Part shown: piece by piece, positions 1 to 10,387 of the stretch
Layout of the letters: each line of letters begins with the position of its first letter
How positions within the stretch are numbered: position 1 is the first letter of the stretch
DNA from: Calditrichaceae bacterium
GTDB taxonomy: Bacteria; Calditrichota; Calditrichia; Calditrichales; JBFXGD01
NCBI GenBank assembly: GCA_050173015.1
Contig: JBFXLE010000040.1
Location: 1-24,741, forward strand
Length of the DNA stretch: 24,741 nucleotides
Reading direction: 5' to 3'
Made by a program: the position numbers and the translations under genes
The notes under the pieces: generated by a model
What the model was told of the DNA's origin: nothing
Database searches by the model: none
The model's input: only the letters and a program-made list of their open reading frames with translations

Positions 1-121
1 TAGAAAAAATTTTTACCCTGCTAAAAACTTATACGCGAGTATAAGCCTTTAGTATTCCCCCTCTGCAACAGCCTGATGCATAAGGGAGGGGAAGGGCATG
101 ATTTATCAGGCCCGGGGTGGG

Positions 122-537
122 TTAGAAAAAGGTAGGAAGTAGGAAGTGAGAATTAAAGAGCGTTAAGAGTTAAGAGTGTAAGAGTAAGGGCGTTTCAAGT
201 CGGGCAGGCGATGTCATAGTCAACCGCGGTGAAACCGGTTAATCTACCCGTATGTCATGCCGCCGGCATCTTTGGCTACCTTGGAAAGATGTAGAAAAAA
301 AGATTCTTCGGGGCGAATTTTCTGTCCGAGTGGAAGAAATTGAAAAATGGCTAAATGATACACGAGTTAAAATTCGCCAGGGCTTTTTGCTACTTTTTGG
401 CCATTCAAAAAGTAGGGAGAAGAAGAAAAGTGGGAAGTAAGAAGTAAGAAGTAGGAATTTGAAGATAAAAGAAAAAAGATAAAAGAAAAAAGAGAAGAGG
501 GAAAAGTTAAGAGTTAAGAGAAAAGAGTCTTAGAGTT
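122..537. repeat. Purine-rich degenerate heptamer repeats (GGAAGTA/AGAAGTA, TAAGAGT, AAAAGA[T/A]) in two blocks, about 122-190 and 419-537
   Basis: Visible tandem units such as ggtaggaagtaggaagtgag, ttaagagttaagagt, gaagtaagaagtaagaagtagg, gataaaagaaaaaagataaaagaaaaaaga. Confidence 0.6.
267..415. repeat. Palindromic (REP-like or structured) intergenic element
   Basis: Inverted repeats CATCTTT(267-273)/AAAGATG(285-291), GGCGAATTTT(312-321)/AAAATTCGCC(369-378), CTACTTTTTG(390-399)/CAAAAAGTAG(406-415). Confidence 0.5.
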
Positions 538-559
538 GATAATCCCTCTCACCGGCCTT

Positions 560-596
560 AAAACAAAAACGGGTTGCCGAATAAACGACAACCCGT
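560..596 (-). terminator. Rho-independent terminator of pepT
   Basis: ACGGGTTG...CAACCCGT stem (569-596) followed on the minus strand by TTTTGTTTT, 20 nt after the pepT stop. Confidence 0.75.
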
Positions 597-616
597 AAAA
601 ACAAGAGATAATACCG

Positions 617-1867
617 TTATTTACTTTTTTCAGTCCAAATCACGGCCAGATTGACGATGGTCTCCACGGCTTTTTGCATATCCTGAATAGAAACCCATTC
701 TTTTTTGCTGTGAAAATTATGACCGCCGGTAAACACATTTGGAGTCGGCAGGCCCATATAGGAAAGTCTGGCGCCGTCCGTACCGCCGCGGATCAGATTT
801 TTGATCGGTGTCAACCCGCTTCGCCTGACGGCTTCAAGAGCATATTCAATTACCTCAGGATGCTCATCAATTTTATATTTCATATTTCTGTAGGATTCTT
901 TTACTTCCAGTGTCGCTTTTGCCGGAGCGTATTTTTTTGAAAGCTCCTCACAGAGATTCTTTAGGTATTCTTCTTTTTCTTTCAGACCTTCAACCGTAAA
1001 ATCTCTTACCAGAAAAACGACTTCCGTGAGCTCCACTCCACCCTTGATGGCGTGTGGATGCAGATACCCTTCTCTTTTTTCCGTGGTCTCCGGCGACATG
1101 CTGTCCTTTGGGAGTCTCTCTATCAGGTCGGCGGCAATTTTTACACTGCTGATGAGCTTGTTTTTCGCGTATCCCGGATGCACGTTCACGCCTTCTATTT
1201 TTACAATCGCCGTGTCCGCGCAAAAGGTCTCATCTTCAATCTCACCGGCGGTTTCACCGTCAATGGTGTAGGCAAAATCGGCGCCAAACTGTTTTACATC
1301 GAAATGCTCCGTTCCCGTTCCCACTTCTTCATCAACGGTAAAAGCCACGCGGATTTTTCCGTGTTTGATGTCCGGGTTTTCAATCAGATAATTCATGGCG
1401 CCCATAATCTCCGCGACTCCCGCCTTGTTATCCGCGCCCAGAAGAGTTGTCCCGTCGGTTGTGATGATGTCGTGACCCATACAATTTTTTAATGCCGGAT
1501 TATTAGCGAATTCAATTACCTGGCTGGTATCATTTTTGAGTACGATATCCTGGCCTTTGTAATTTTCATTAATGACGGGATTGACATCCTTACCGGAAAC
1601 ATCCGGAGATGTATCCACATGAGCGATTAAACCAATAACGGGAACATCAAAATCAACATTCGACGGAAGCGTCCCAAAAACATAACCATGCTTTGTTAGT
1701 TCTACATCCTTCAAACCCAGCTCTTTTAATTCCCCCACCAGTTTTTTTGATAATTCCAGTTGTTTTAAGGTGCTGGGGTAGGTCTCCGACTCTTCGCTGG
1801 ATTGTGTATCATATTTTACATAACTCAAAAAACGATCCAGAAATAAACGACGTTCGATGGGCTTCAT
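617..1867 (-). CDS. pepT: Peptidase T (tripeptide aminopeptidase, M20B)
   Basis: Motifs RFLSYVKYDTQS, IAHVDTSPD, LLGADNKAG, FTVDEEVG, HPGYAK, IRGGTDGARLSYMGLPTPN, NFHS. Confidence 0.95.
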   Translation of the reverse strand: MKPIERRLFLDRFLSYVKYDTQSSEESETYPSTLKQLELSKKLVGELKELGLKDVELTKHGYVFGTLPSNVDFDVPVIGLIAHVDTSPDVSGKDVNPVINENYKGQDIVLKNDTSQVIEFANNPALKNCMGHDIITTDGTTLLGADNKAGVAEIMGAMNYLIENPDIKHGKIRVAFTVDEEVGTGTEHFDVKQFGADFAYTIDGETAGEIEDETFCADTAIVKIEGVNVHPGYAKNKLISSVKIAADLIERLPKDSMSPETTEKREGYLHPHAIKGGVELTEVVFLVRDFTVEGLKEKEEYLKNLCEELSKKYAPAKATLEVKESYRNMKYKIDEHPEVIEYALEAVRRSGLTPIKNLIRGGTDGARLSYMGLPTPNVFTGGHNFHSKKEWVSIQDMQKAVETIVNLAVIWTEKSK

Positions 1868-2080
1868 GGCTTTCCTCTGAGTTTAATTATATTTAAAAAT
1901 TCTGACGTTTAAAACAAACCTAAAAGACTAAATTATAGAAAAATTCAACACTAAAAGCAAAGATTTTGTTCATAAATGAGTGGCCGGACACCTTAAAACA
2001 AACAATATACTTACTTGTAAATACATGTTTGATTTGTTAATTTTATTTTCTTAAATCAATCGCGAACCGGGGAGTTTTAA

Positions 2081-3748
2081 ATGAAAAAATTGTTGCTGTT
2101 ATTTCTGTTAATTCCAATTTTTGTATTATATTCATATACACGCCGGTCTGATGAGCCAAAGCTGGCGGTATTTATCGTAGTTGATCAGATGCGATATGAT
2201 TATCTCGAACGTTTTCAGGATCATTTTTCGGAAAACGGCTTCAATTATTTCTTAAAAAAGGGCGCGAATTATACCAATTGCAATTATGCCCAGTACAACA
2301 CCTATACCGCTGCCGGACACGCCGTATTGGGTACCGGTGTCTGGGCGGATGAGAACGGAATAACCGGAAATTATATTTACGATCGGTCTGATCATTCAAC
2401 CGGGTATTGTGTCGGTGACACCAACTATTCAAGCGCCGAAACTCTTGAGATTTCTGCCCGGGACGGCAGAAAATCACCAAAAAACATAACTTCACCCACA
2501 CTCAGCGCCGCCATTAAGTCAAAAAATCCTAAATCAAAAGTATTCAGTGTATCAGCGAAAGACCGCGCCGCGGTCTTAATGGGCGCGGATAAGGCAGACG
2601 CGGCATACTGGTATAGCCGCGAGAACGGCCATTTTATCACATCCACTTACTATCGTAATGATTTACCGGTTTGGGCCAAAAGATGGAACAGCAAAGGCAA
2701 AGCGATTCAATGGTTTAATACGGAATGGAGTTATCTGCTCGATAACAAATTTTATGACGCGTACGGACCCGATGTTTTTGCATCCGAGGAGACGCCTGAC
2801 GGTCGGAGTAATACTTTCCCGCATCCTACAAGCTATGGATCGGAACGACCGGATAAAAAGTATTTCGGAGATTTGCTGTCCACTCCGTTTGGAGACATTC
2901 TGACCATCAATTTTGCCCGGAATCTGATACTTAACGAAGAGCTCGGACAGGATAACAATATTGATTTCCTGAATCTCAGTCTCTCCTGTACGGATTACAT
3001 AGGGCATGCCTATGGTCCCGACAGTCAGGAAATGATGGATAACATGATCAGAACAGACCGTTTACTGAATGATTTTATTCTATACCTGGATAAAAATATT
3101 GGACTGGAGAATACAGCCATTTTTCTTTCAGCCGACCATGGAATCGCTCCTTTTCCGGAACTGATGAGGGAAAAAGGCATCGATGCCGGCCGGATTAATT
3201 CTTCAAAAATATTCAATGAAGCCGAAAAAGCCATCCGCCGCCAATACGGCAACCCTCCGGGTGATCAAAACTGGTGCGGACCACTGACAAACGCTTCAAT
3301 TTTTATGACACCCGAATTCTGGAAGCGAACAGGAGCGGATTCCGCAAAGGTTCAAAACATACTGAAGGAAGCCATTTTGCCGGTCGAAGGCATCGAAACG
3401 GTATTTACCCGTCAGGAAATCATTAAGGAAAGTTCGGACAACAATCCTTTATGGCAATATGTCAAAAACGCGTATTACCCGTCCCGGGGCGGTGATGTTG
3501 TCATCATTCAAAAAGAATACTGGATATTTAATTACTCTGACGATCAGGTTACCGGTACAACACACGGGTCGCCATGGTGGTATGATACGCATGTACCCAT
3601 GCTGATGAACGGTCCCGGAATAACACCCGGCACATTTGATCAGCCGGTCGGTCCGAATGATCTTATCGCAAAAATCGCGGAGTATATGAAACTTGATATG
3701 AATGAGTCCCGCGGTGTGGCAAAAAGGGATGGCCAGTACACAAATTAA
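2081..3748 (+). CDS. Secreted alkaline phosphatase family protein (PafA-like / nucleotide pyrophosphatase-phosphodiesterase superfamily)
   Basis: N-terminal signal peptide; VVDQMRYDYL, TYTAAGH (Thr nucleophile position), KDRAA, DYIGHAYGP, SADHG, TTHGS; RBS GGGAG upstream. Confidence 0.9.
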   Translation: MKKLLLLFLLIPIFVLYSYTRRSDEPKLAVFIVVDQMRYDYLERFQDHFSENGFNYFLKKGANYTNCNYAQYNTYTAAGHAVLGTGVWADENGITGNYIYDRSDHSTGYCVGDTNYSSAETLEISARDGRKSPKNITSPTLSAAIKSKNPKSKVFSVSAKDRAAVLMGADKADAAYWYSRENGHFITSTYYRNDLPVWAKRWNSKGKAIQWFNTEWSYLLDNKFYDAYGPDVFASEETPDGRSNTFPHPTSYGSERPDKKYFGDLLSTPFGDILTINFARNLILNEELGQDNNIDFLNLSLSCTDYIGHAYGPDSQEMMDNMIRTDRLLNDFILYLDKNIGLENTAIFLSADHGIAPFPELMREKGIDAGRINSSKIFNEAEKAIRRQYGNPPGDQNWCGPLTNASIFMTPEFWKRTGADSAKVQNILKEAILPVEGIETVFTRQEIIKESSDNNPLWQYVKNAYYPSRGGDVVIIQKEYWIFNYSDDQVTGTTHGSPWWYDTHVPMLMNGPGITPGTFDQPVGPNDLIAKIAEYMKLDMNESRGVAKRDGQYTN

Positions 3749-3750
3749 TC

Positions 3751-3790
3751 AAAAAAGCCGGGTCATCTCTGATCCGGCTTTATTTCTTCT
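3751..3790. terminator. Bidirectional intrinsic terminator between convergent phosphatase and dusB genes
   Basis: AAAAAAGCCGG-GTCATCTCTGAT-CCGGCTTTATTTCTT: hairpin with A-tract on the left and T-rich tract on the right. Confidence 0.8.
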
Positions 3791-3799
3791 TTTTATTTA

Positions 3800-4834
3800 T
3801 TATTCTACAACTCTGTGACAGGTAATTAAATCAACTTCCGGTTTTTCTTCCAAAATATCTTTATATATTTTCGCGTTTTTCAGAATATCCAGCTTTGCCA
3901 TTACTTCATCCAGACACTCATATTTCATCATTTCAATTCTAAATTTTGCTATATGCGGCAAACCTTTAAGATACCCGCTCAGATGCTTGCGCATTTCAAT
4001 CACACCCTTGCGCTCACCTTTGTATTCCACACTATAGATATAATGCTGTTTTAAAATTTCGATTCGTTCTTCAAGTGATGGCGGCCCGGGAATACTGCCG
4101 GTTGCCATGAGTGATTTGGCGTCACGAAAAATCCATGGATTGTGAATCGCGCCCCTTCCGATCATCACCGCGTCCACACCGGTTTGTTCAAACATCTGAA
4201 TCACGTGCTCAGGCTCCGTGACATCACCATTCCCAATGACCGGAATGCTCACTGCATTTTTCACATTTGCCAGCCAGCTCCAGTCCGCCGTCCCCTTATA
4301 GCCCTGCGCGCGTGTCCTCGCGTGGACGGCAATCGCTTCTATTCCGACACCTTCCATTCGTTTGGCGATTTCAACGATTTCAATCGAATCTGCGTCCCAT
4401 CCAAGCCTTGTTTTGGCCGTCACCGGCAGAGAAACAGAACGGGCCACCGCCGCGCACATGTCAATCATCTTTGGAACATCCCTTAATAAACCAGAACCCG
4501 CGCCTTTTAAAGCTACTTTTTTTACCGGACAGCCAAAATTGATATCAATAAAATCAGGACCTATTTCTTCCGCGATTTGCGCGGCTTCAACCATGGCCTC
4601 GATACGGTTTCCGTAAATCTGAATCCCGATCGGATGTTCAAAGGGTTGGATGGTCATTTTTTTAAATGCTTTTTCCGCGTCGCGAATCAATGCTTCCGAA
4701 CTGATAAATTCGGAATACACCACATCCGCTCCCATCTGCTTGCATATCATACGAAACGGATAATCGCTCACATCCTCCATGGGCGCGAGAAAAAGTCCCT
4801 TATTTATCTCATATTTTCCATATTTAATTGTCAT
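3800..4834 (-). CDS. dusB: tRNA-dihydrouridine synthase DusB
   Basis: LAPMEDVSD, IDINFGCPVKKV, GAGSGLL, VHARTR, VIGNGDV, VMIGRGA, EMRKH. Confidence 0.92.
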   Translation of the reverse strand: MTIKYGKYEINKGLFLAPMEDVSDYPFRMICKQMGADVVYSEFISSEALIRDAEKAFKKMTIQPFEHPIGIQIYGNRIEAMVEAAQIAEEIGPDFIDINFGCPVKKVALKGAGSGLLRDVPKMIDMCAAVARSVSLPVTAKTRLGWDADSIEIVEIAKRMEGVGIEAIAVHARTRAQGYKGTADWSWLANVKNAVSIPVIGNGDVTEPEHVIQMFEQTGVDAVMIGRGAIHNPWIFRDAKSLMATGSIPGPPSLEERIEILKQHYIYSVEYKGERKGVIEMRKHLSGYLKGLPHIAKFRIEMMKYECLDEVMAKLDILKNAKIYKDILEEKPEVDLITCHRVVE

Positions 4835-4850
4835 ACAACTTTCGACTCAC

Positions 4851-5240
4851 TTAAAAATCATCAATATGATGTCTTCCCCGGTAACCACCATCCAGCGTAT
4901 GCCAGAACTCGATCGCCTGTTCATCCACCTTCCAGCAGAGAAAAACTTCGTCACCGTTCGGACGAATCGCCGGGAAATCGATCAATCCCTGTTCAAGACC
5001 TTTAATTTCTACGCCCTGACGCGTAATATCCCTGATCATTTCCAGCATTTTTTTAAAATCAACCGGATATTCTTCATAACTATCCGGATGAAAACCTATT
5101 TTATATTTGCCGGTGTATGGATCAAAACCAATCTTCCTTAAAGAATTCGCGAGAACCTGAATATCCTTCAGAGTTTCCCGCAGACGGTCAATATATGACG
5201 CGGCTTCTTCAACAGAAAAATGTTTTTTATATACATACAT
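4851..5240 (-). CDS. DUF2203 family protein
   Basis: HFSVEEA N-terminus; GVEIKGLEQGLIDFP...VFLCWK...FWH...GYRGR pattern typical of DUF2203. Confidence 0.8.
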   Translation of the reverse strand: MYVYKKHFSVEEAASYIDRLRETLKDIQVLANSLRKIGFDPYTGKYKIGFHPDSYEEYPVDFKKMLEMIRDITRQGVEIKGLEQGLIDFPAIRPNGDEVFLCWKVDEQAIEFWHTLDGGYRGRHHIDDF

Positions 5241-5247
5241 GAGCTTA

Positions 5248-6348
5248 TCAAATCCTGCCGCCGGATGCTGAATTGTCGGGAGGAATCCTTAAATTTGCCC
5301 TGATTTTCCGGCCGCCAAGATCCACCTTGACCTGTGTATTAAAATCCGCGACCGTATACATCTTTTTTATATATCCCAGACCAACGCTTCTCACGGATAT
5401 GGGGTCATAGATATAACTGGTCAGCTTTCCGATTTGTTCATCATCGTGATAAATATTGAGCGGCGGCTTTTGACTTATTGTCTCAGACAAATCAATGATC
5501 ATGAGATATTTCTGAACCTTCTCATACGTGTCGAGCCGTGCAATCACTTCCTGTCCCGTGTAACAGCCTTTGGTAAAACTAACGGCATTCAGGAGACGGG
5601 CCTCATGAGGATTATAATCTTCGGTCAGTTCCGTACCCCAGTCCGGCATCCCGCTTTCCACCCTGACGACTTGAAATGCTTTATCGCCAATGATGCCCCC
5701 GCCGTATTTTTCAACTTCGCCTTTCAGCCAGGAAACAATTTCAGTACTACCCTTCACAGGAAGACAAAAATTATAAGACGGATACATAAAATTCCTGTTG
5801 AGAAGCGCCGCGAAGTGGACTCCGTCTTTCTCCAACCATACATGTTCATCATTTTCTTCGAGGCTTGTTTGTCCGCAAATCCCGCGCACAAAGCGGGTAC
5901 TTTCCGGACCGATCAATGTAAGCCAGAGATATTGATCGCTTACATCCACAGGCTGTACATCTTCCAAAATCACAAACCGGTTAACCCAGTCGATAATATG
6001 ATAACAGTCGATATAACTGGAAATCATAATCAATTCATTTTCATATCTCATCACCCGGCAATAATCAATGATCCTGCCTTTCGGAGTGGTAAAGACCGTG
6101 TCACATACTGATCCCATAATCAACTGTGACATATCGTTGGTGGAGATTCTGTTGATTAAATCGAGCCCGTCAGCGCCCTTAATACTCACTTTTCCAAGAT
6201 AACTTCGATCGAGAAGGGCAACTTTCTTTTTCACAAAAGAGAGTTCCTGAGGGAGCTTCCCGTAGTCACCGGGAATAGTATGATTCTTAACGGTTATAAA
6301 ATTTGCTCCGCATGATTTATGAAAATCATGCAAAACCAATTTTTTCAT
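5248..6348 (-). CDS. ygfZ: YgfZ/CAF17-like folate-binding Fe-S cluster assembly/repair protein (GcvT family)
   Basis: GcvT-like N-terminus plus signature SFTKGCYTGQEVIAR. Confidence 0.85.
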   Translation of the reverse strand: MKKLVLHDFHKSCGANFITVKNHTIPGDYGKLPQELSFVKKKVALLDRSYLGKVSIKGADGLDLINRISTNDMSQLIMGSVCDTVFTTPKGRIIDYCRVMRYENELIMISSYIDCYHIIDWVNRFVILEDVQPVDVSDQYLWLTLIGPESTRFVRGICGQTSLEENDEHVWLEKDGVHFAALLNRNFMYPSYNFCLPVKGSTEIVSWLKGEVEKYGGGIIGDKAFQVVRVESGMPDWGTELTEDYNPHEARLLNAVSFTKGCYTGQEVIARLDTYEKVQKYLMIIDLSETISQKPPLNIYHDDEQIGKLTSYIYDPISVRSVGLGYIKKMYTVADFNTQVKVDLGGRKIRANLRIPPDNSASGGRI

Positions 6349-6679
6349 CTGGTGACTCCTTTTTAGCGTCTTTTATTAAAAGTCTTTCAATGATCTCATC
6401 GGCAAGAATCGATTTTTCCAGAATTTCATCAACATCATCAATAGTCACTCCGCCATACCAGACCCCCTGCGGATAAATCACAACTGTCGGGCCGTGCTCG
6501 CACATACCCAGGCATCCGGCTGTATTGGCCCGGTAAACCTTTTCAAGGCATCTTGCCTTAAGCGCCGCCTTCAGTTTTGTTTTAATTTCCGAAGAAGACT
6601 TTCTGCCGCACGACCCCTTCGGAGAATCCGCGTCTCTGAGATTTTCACAAATAAATATATGTTTTTTATAACCTTTCAT
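6326..6679 (-). CDS. Thioredoxin-like [2Fe-2S] ferredoxin
   Basis: HIFICEN..GSCG...AGCLGMCEHGPTVVIYPQGVWY, four Cys ligands; ATG at 6679 preferred over the track start at 6703. Confidence 0.88.
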   Translation of the reverse strand: MKGYKKHIFICENLRDADSPKGSCGRKSSSEIKTKLKAALKARCLEKVYRANTAGCLGMCEHGPTVVIYPQGVWYGGVTIDDVDEILEKSILADEIIERLLIKDAKKESPDEKIGFA

Positions 6680-6763
6680 CCCGACCCTTCCCGTCCGGTA
6701 CAAACAACCCGTTAAACTAAGTTAATCAATCGATACAGAGTATCAGCCGCCGGAAAAATCGAC

Positions 6764-8047
6764 TTACAGCACCATATCCGGATCGTAATCTTCCAGATAC
6801 GATACCAGCCGCTGAAGGAACTGAGCCCCCATCGCTCCGTCGATTAAACGGTGATCAAAAGTCAGCGATAAATACATCACAGGCCGGATGGCAATGGCGT
6901 CATTGACAACCACCGGACGTTTTTTGACCGCGCCGACTCCAAGAATAGCAACCTGTGGTTGATTTATTACGGGGAATCCTATGGTGGTACCGTAAACGCC
7001 AAAATTGGAAATTGAAAATGTACCGCCGGAAACTTCATCCGGTTTTAGTTTTTTATTACGGGCCCGGGTGCCGAGATCATTGATGGCTCTGGATAATCCG
7101 ACAAGATTGCGCTCATCGGCATTAAATATATTCGGGACAATCAAACCGTAGTCAACCGCGACCGCGATTCCAAGATTAATATATTTCTTTATAAGGATAT
7201 TATCACCGTCAATCGACGCGTTGACCATCGGGAATTCTTTCAAAGTTTTTGCCGCCGCTTCCGCGATAAACGGCATATAGGTCAGACTCATCCCTTCACG
7301 GGCTTTGAATTTCGCCTTGTTTTTCTCACGGATCGTATAAATATTCTGCACATCCGCTTCAGCGTATATTCCCACATGTGGCGAGGTCAGCTTGGATTGA
7401 ACCATATGCTTCGCGATAGATTTACGGACATGATCCATGGGGATAATCTCGATACCGTTTCCGGAGGCCATTCCAACCGGTGGTGCCGGCTGAACCGCCG
7501 CGGCCGCCGGTTCACTGACAGGAGCCGATTCAGACTGAACACCTTTTTTACTTTGTCCGATGTAAGCCAGGACATCTTTTTTGGAAACCCGGCCGTTTAA
7601 TCCGCTCCCGCTGATCTTTTCAAGATCTGACATGGAAATACCGTTTTCGGCAGCGATATTCATGACCACCGGTGAATAAAATCTTGACGCTTCGCTTTTC
7701 TCAAGTTTTACCGCGGTTGTGGTTTCAACTTTTTTCTCCTGCTCCACAGCGACAGCCGGCTTCTTTTCTTTTTTTGGTTCTTTTTCAGTGGTCTCTATAA
7801 CCGCGTCCTTATCTGTTTCAATCTGCGCAATCGGAAGTCCCACTTCCACCGTATCGCCTTCCGCGGCCAGTAATTTTGAAATTTTTCCGGCAACCGGAGC
7901 CGGTATTTCGGAATCAACCTTATCGGTGCTGATTTCCAGAATAAACTCGTCTTTCTCGACCGCGTCACCCTCTGATTTCAGCCATTTTATGATCGTTCCC
8001 TCTGTAATCGATTCTCCCATTTTGGGCATGACCATATCAAACTTCAT
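6764..8047 (-). CDS. 2-oxoacid dehydrogenase E2 (dihydrolipoamide acyltransferase)
   Basis: Lipoyl domain EISTDKVDSEIP, E3-binding domain SPVV...GSGLNGRVSKKDV, catalytic DHRLIDG. Confidence 0.95.
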   Translation of the reverse strand: MKFDMVMPKMGESITEGTIIKWLKSEGDAVEKDEFILEISTDKVDSEIPAPVAGKISKLLAAEGDTVEVGLPIAQIETDKDAVIETTEKEPKKEKKPAVAVEQEKKVETTTAVKLEKSEASRFYSPVVMNIAAENGISMSDLEKISGSGLNGRVSKKDVLAYIGQSKKGVQSESAPVSEPAAAAVQPAPPVGMASGNGIEIIPMDHVRKSIAKHMVQSKLTSPHVGIYAEADVQNIYTIREKNKAKFKAREGMSLTYMPFIAEAAAKTLKEFPMVNASIDGDNILIKKYINLGIAVAVDYGLIVPNIFNADERNLVGLSRAINDLGTRARNKKLKPDEVSGGTFSISNFGVYGTTIGFPVINQPQVAILGVGAVKKRPVVVNDAIAIRPVMYLSLTFDHRLIDGAMGAQFLQRLVSYLEDYDPDMVL

Positions 8048-8121
8048 ATATACCTCTTTACTTTTATATTTTCAATTATTCGATCATCTTATTTACAGTA
8101 AATTCTCATTCATTGTTATAA

Positions 8122-10158
8122 TCAATATTGTGCCAGTTCACGCAAACTCACAACAATATCATCAATCTGAGGAAGCGCTTCTTCTTCCAGAACAGCGCTG
8201 AACGGTATGGGAGTATCTTTTCCGGCGAGCCTTTTAACGGGCGCGTCAAGATATTCGAAAGCGAACTCGGCGATGTGCGACGCGATTTCCGCGCCGAATC
8301 CCTGGAAACGTGTATCTTCATGCACGACAATCGCTTTCCCTGTTCGCTTCACCGATTCAACGATGGTTTCCGAATCTAATGGATTTATGGTTCGAATATC
8401 AACGATTTCCACCGAAATATTCTCTTTTTTCAGAACTTTCGCCGCCTCGATTGATTTCTGGACCAGGGCTCCCCAGGTAATAACGGTGATATCGGCGCCC
8501 TCCTCCACAATATTTGCCTTCCCGAATGGAAGCAGATAATGCTCATCCGGTTCAGGCGCCGCCGCGTAACTCTGCCGGTAAAGTCCCTTGTGTTCAAGAA
8601 AAAGTACAGGATCTTTTCCTCGAATCGCCGCCTTTAATAAACCTTTGGCATCCGCCGCGTTGGACGGATACGCGATTTTAATTCCGGGCAGATGTGAGAA
8701 AATCGCCTCTATATTTTGAGAATGGCACAGCGCGCCGTGGATGTATCCCCCAACCGGTACACGGATAACAACCGGCGCGTTCCAATTATTGTTTGAACGC
8801 CAGCGCATGGTCGTAAGCTCGTTTCTGATCTGCATCATTGCTGTCCAGATATAATCACCAAACTGGATTTCAACAACCGGTCGCAAACCGCGCAGGGCCA
8901 TCCCGATGGCGACACCAACGATACTTGATTCGGCCAGCGGAGCGTTAAAACAACGCTTCTTTCCAAACTTTGTAGATATACCGGTGGTCGCGGTAAACAC
9001 ACCGCCTTTTCCGTCAGCCACATCCTGACCAAACACATAAACATTGTCGTTTAAGCTCATCTCTTCTTTTAAAGCGTGATTGATGGCATCCACCATCACA
9101 GCCCGGTCCAGACGACGCTTTGTTTTTTCATATTCTATATCCCTGGTTTCTTCTTCGGGGGCAAATACATAGTCGCCCAGACTCTTTTTCTCCGGCTGAG
9201 CGAACTGATCGGCTTCATCCGCCGCGTCGTCAACTAATTTTTTGCATTCTTTTTTAATTTGGTCAAGTTCATCTTCCGTCACAATTTCATTTTCCAGCAG
9301 CCGTACTTCAAAGTTTGGAATCGGATCTTTTTGTTTATCGTTTTCCAGTTCCTCATGAGTACGGTATTTCTTTTGCGAATCAGAAGAAGAGTGCGGCAAC
9401 AGCCTTACTGTGTCAGCTTCAATAAGAGCGGGGCCATTGCCCATCCTCGCGTCGGTTACGGCCTTCTGCATCACTTTATATGATTCAAAAAAGTTCGTCC
9501 CGTCAACCTGATACCGGTTGAGGCCTTCATACCCGGATGTTAATTTAAAAACGGATTGGCCGGCCGTCTGTTCAGAGACATGCACGGAGATGGCGTATTT
9601 GTTATTTTGAATGACAAAAATAACAGGCAGTCGATCTCTGGCCGCCCAGTTTATCGCTTCGTGAAAATCACCCTGGCTGGTCGTTCCCTCTCCGGACGAA
9701 ACATAGACAACCTCATCTTTTCCTTCCTTTACCGCTCCGAGCGCCGTTCCCACGGCCTGAAGATACTGCGTTCCGGTCGGACTCGACTGCGATACGATAT
9801 GTTTTCCTTTATGTCCGTAATGATTGGACATCTGCCGCCCTCCCGAACTGGGGTCTTCCGCCCGCGCGAAAAAGTTCAGATAAACTTCAAGGGGCGTGAC
9901 TCCAAACTGCATTACAAACGCGAGATCCCTGTAATAAGGATAGGCATAATCATAACCCGGCTGCATGGCAAACGCGGCGGCGGTCTGAATCGCTTCGTGC
10001 CCGGATCCACCTATATGAAAAAAACTTTTACCCTGCTTTAACAGAATCAGCATTTTATCATCCATCAAACGTGATGTAAGCATATTCCTGTACAAGCTGA
10101 GCAGTGTCTGTTTATTTAACCCTTCCAGCTTTTTTGACTTTTTTGTGGTAGTGGGCAT
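8122..10158 (-). CDS. Fused 2-oxoacid (probably branched-chain) dehydrogenase E1 alpha/beta
   Basis: ThDP motif GEGTTSQGDFHE...NN, PHSSSD, beta-part GQDV/PLAES/EIQFGDY/HSQ; ATG 10158 follows AAGGAGA (track starts at 10191). Confidence 0.93.
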   Translation of the reverse strand: MPTTTKKSKKLEGLNKQTLLSLYRNMLTSRLMDDKMLILLKQGKSFFHIGGSGHEAIQTAAAFAMQPGYDYAYPYYRDLAFVMQFGVTPLEVYLNFFARAEDPSSGGRQMSNHYGHKGKHIVSQSSPTGTQYLQAVGTALGAVKEGKDEVVYVSSGEGTTSQGDFHEAINWAARDRLPVIFVIQNNKYAISVHVSEQTAGQSVFKLTSGYEGLNRYQVDGTNFFESYKVMQKAVTDARMGNGPALIEADTVRLLPHSSSDSQKKYRTHEELENDKQKDPIPNFEVRLLENEIVTEDELDQIKKECKKLVDDAADEADQFAQPEKKSLGDYVFAPEEETRDIEYEKTKRRLDRAVMVDAINHALKEEMSLNDNVYVFGQDVADGKGGVFTATTGISTKFGKKRCFNAPLAESSIVGVAIGMALRGLRPVVEIQFGDYIWTAMMQIRNELTTMRWRSNNNWNAPVVIRVPVGGYIHGALCHSQNIEAIFSHLPGIKIAYPSNAADAKGLLKAAIRGKDPVLFLEHKGLYRQSYAAAPEPDEHYLLPFGKANIVEEGADITVITWGALVQKSIEAAKVLKKENISVEIVDIRTINPLDSETIVESVKRTGKAIVVHEDTRFQGFGAEIASHIAEFAFEYLDAPVKRLAGKDTPIPFSAVLEEEALPQIDDIVVSLRELAQY

Positions 10159-10387
10159 GGGCGCTAATATCTCCTTTATAAACCCGTTCACGATTTAGAA
10201 ACTATGGTAATAAAATGTATGCAGTTTTCAGCAAAAAGATACAAAACCAGGCGTAAAGATTACAAAATCGTCTATAACCGTTGATATCTGCTGCCTGCTG
10301 ACGATTTATGCCTGCATACAGAACCATGATCCGGGAGACTATACTTTATGTGGCATCTGTCATTATTTGTTTAAAAATTATTTTGCG

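Noticed and set aside
252-440. 62-aa ORF in the track
   Set aside because: No RBS, overlaps palindromic and low-complexity repeats, no recognisable protein features
122-537. Repeats as a CRISPR array
   Set aside because: Units are about 7 bp, degenerate, without unique spacers; no cas genes
5434-6111. 225-aa plus-strand ORF and other short ORFs overlapping housekeeping genes
   Set aside because: Shadow frames of well-supported genes, with no motifs of their own
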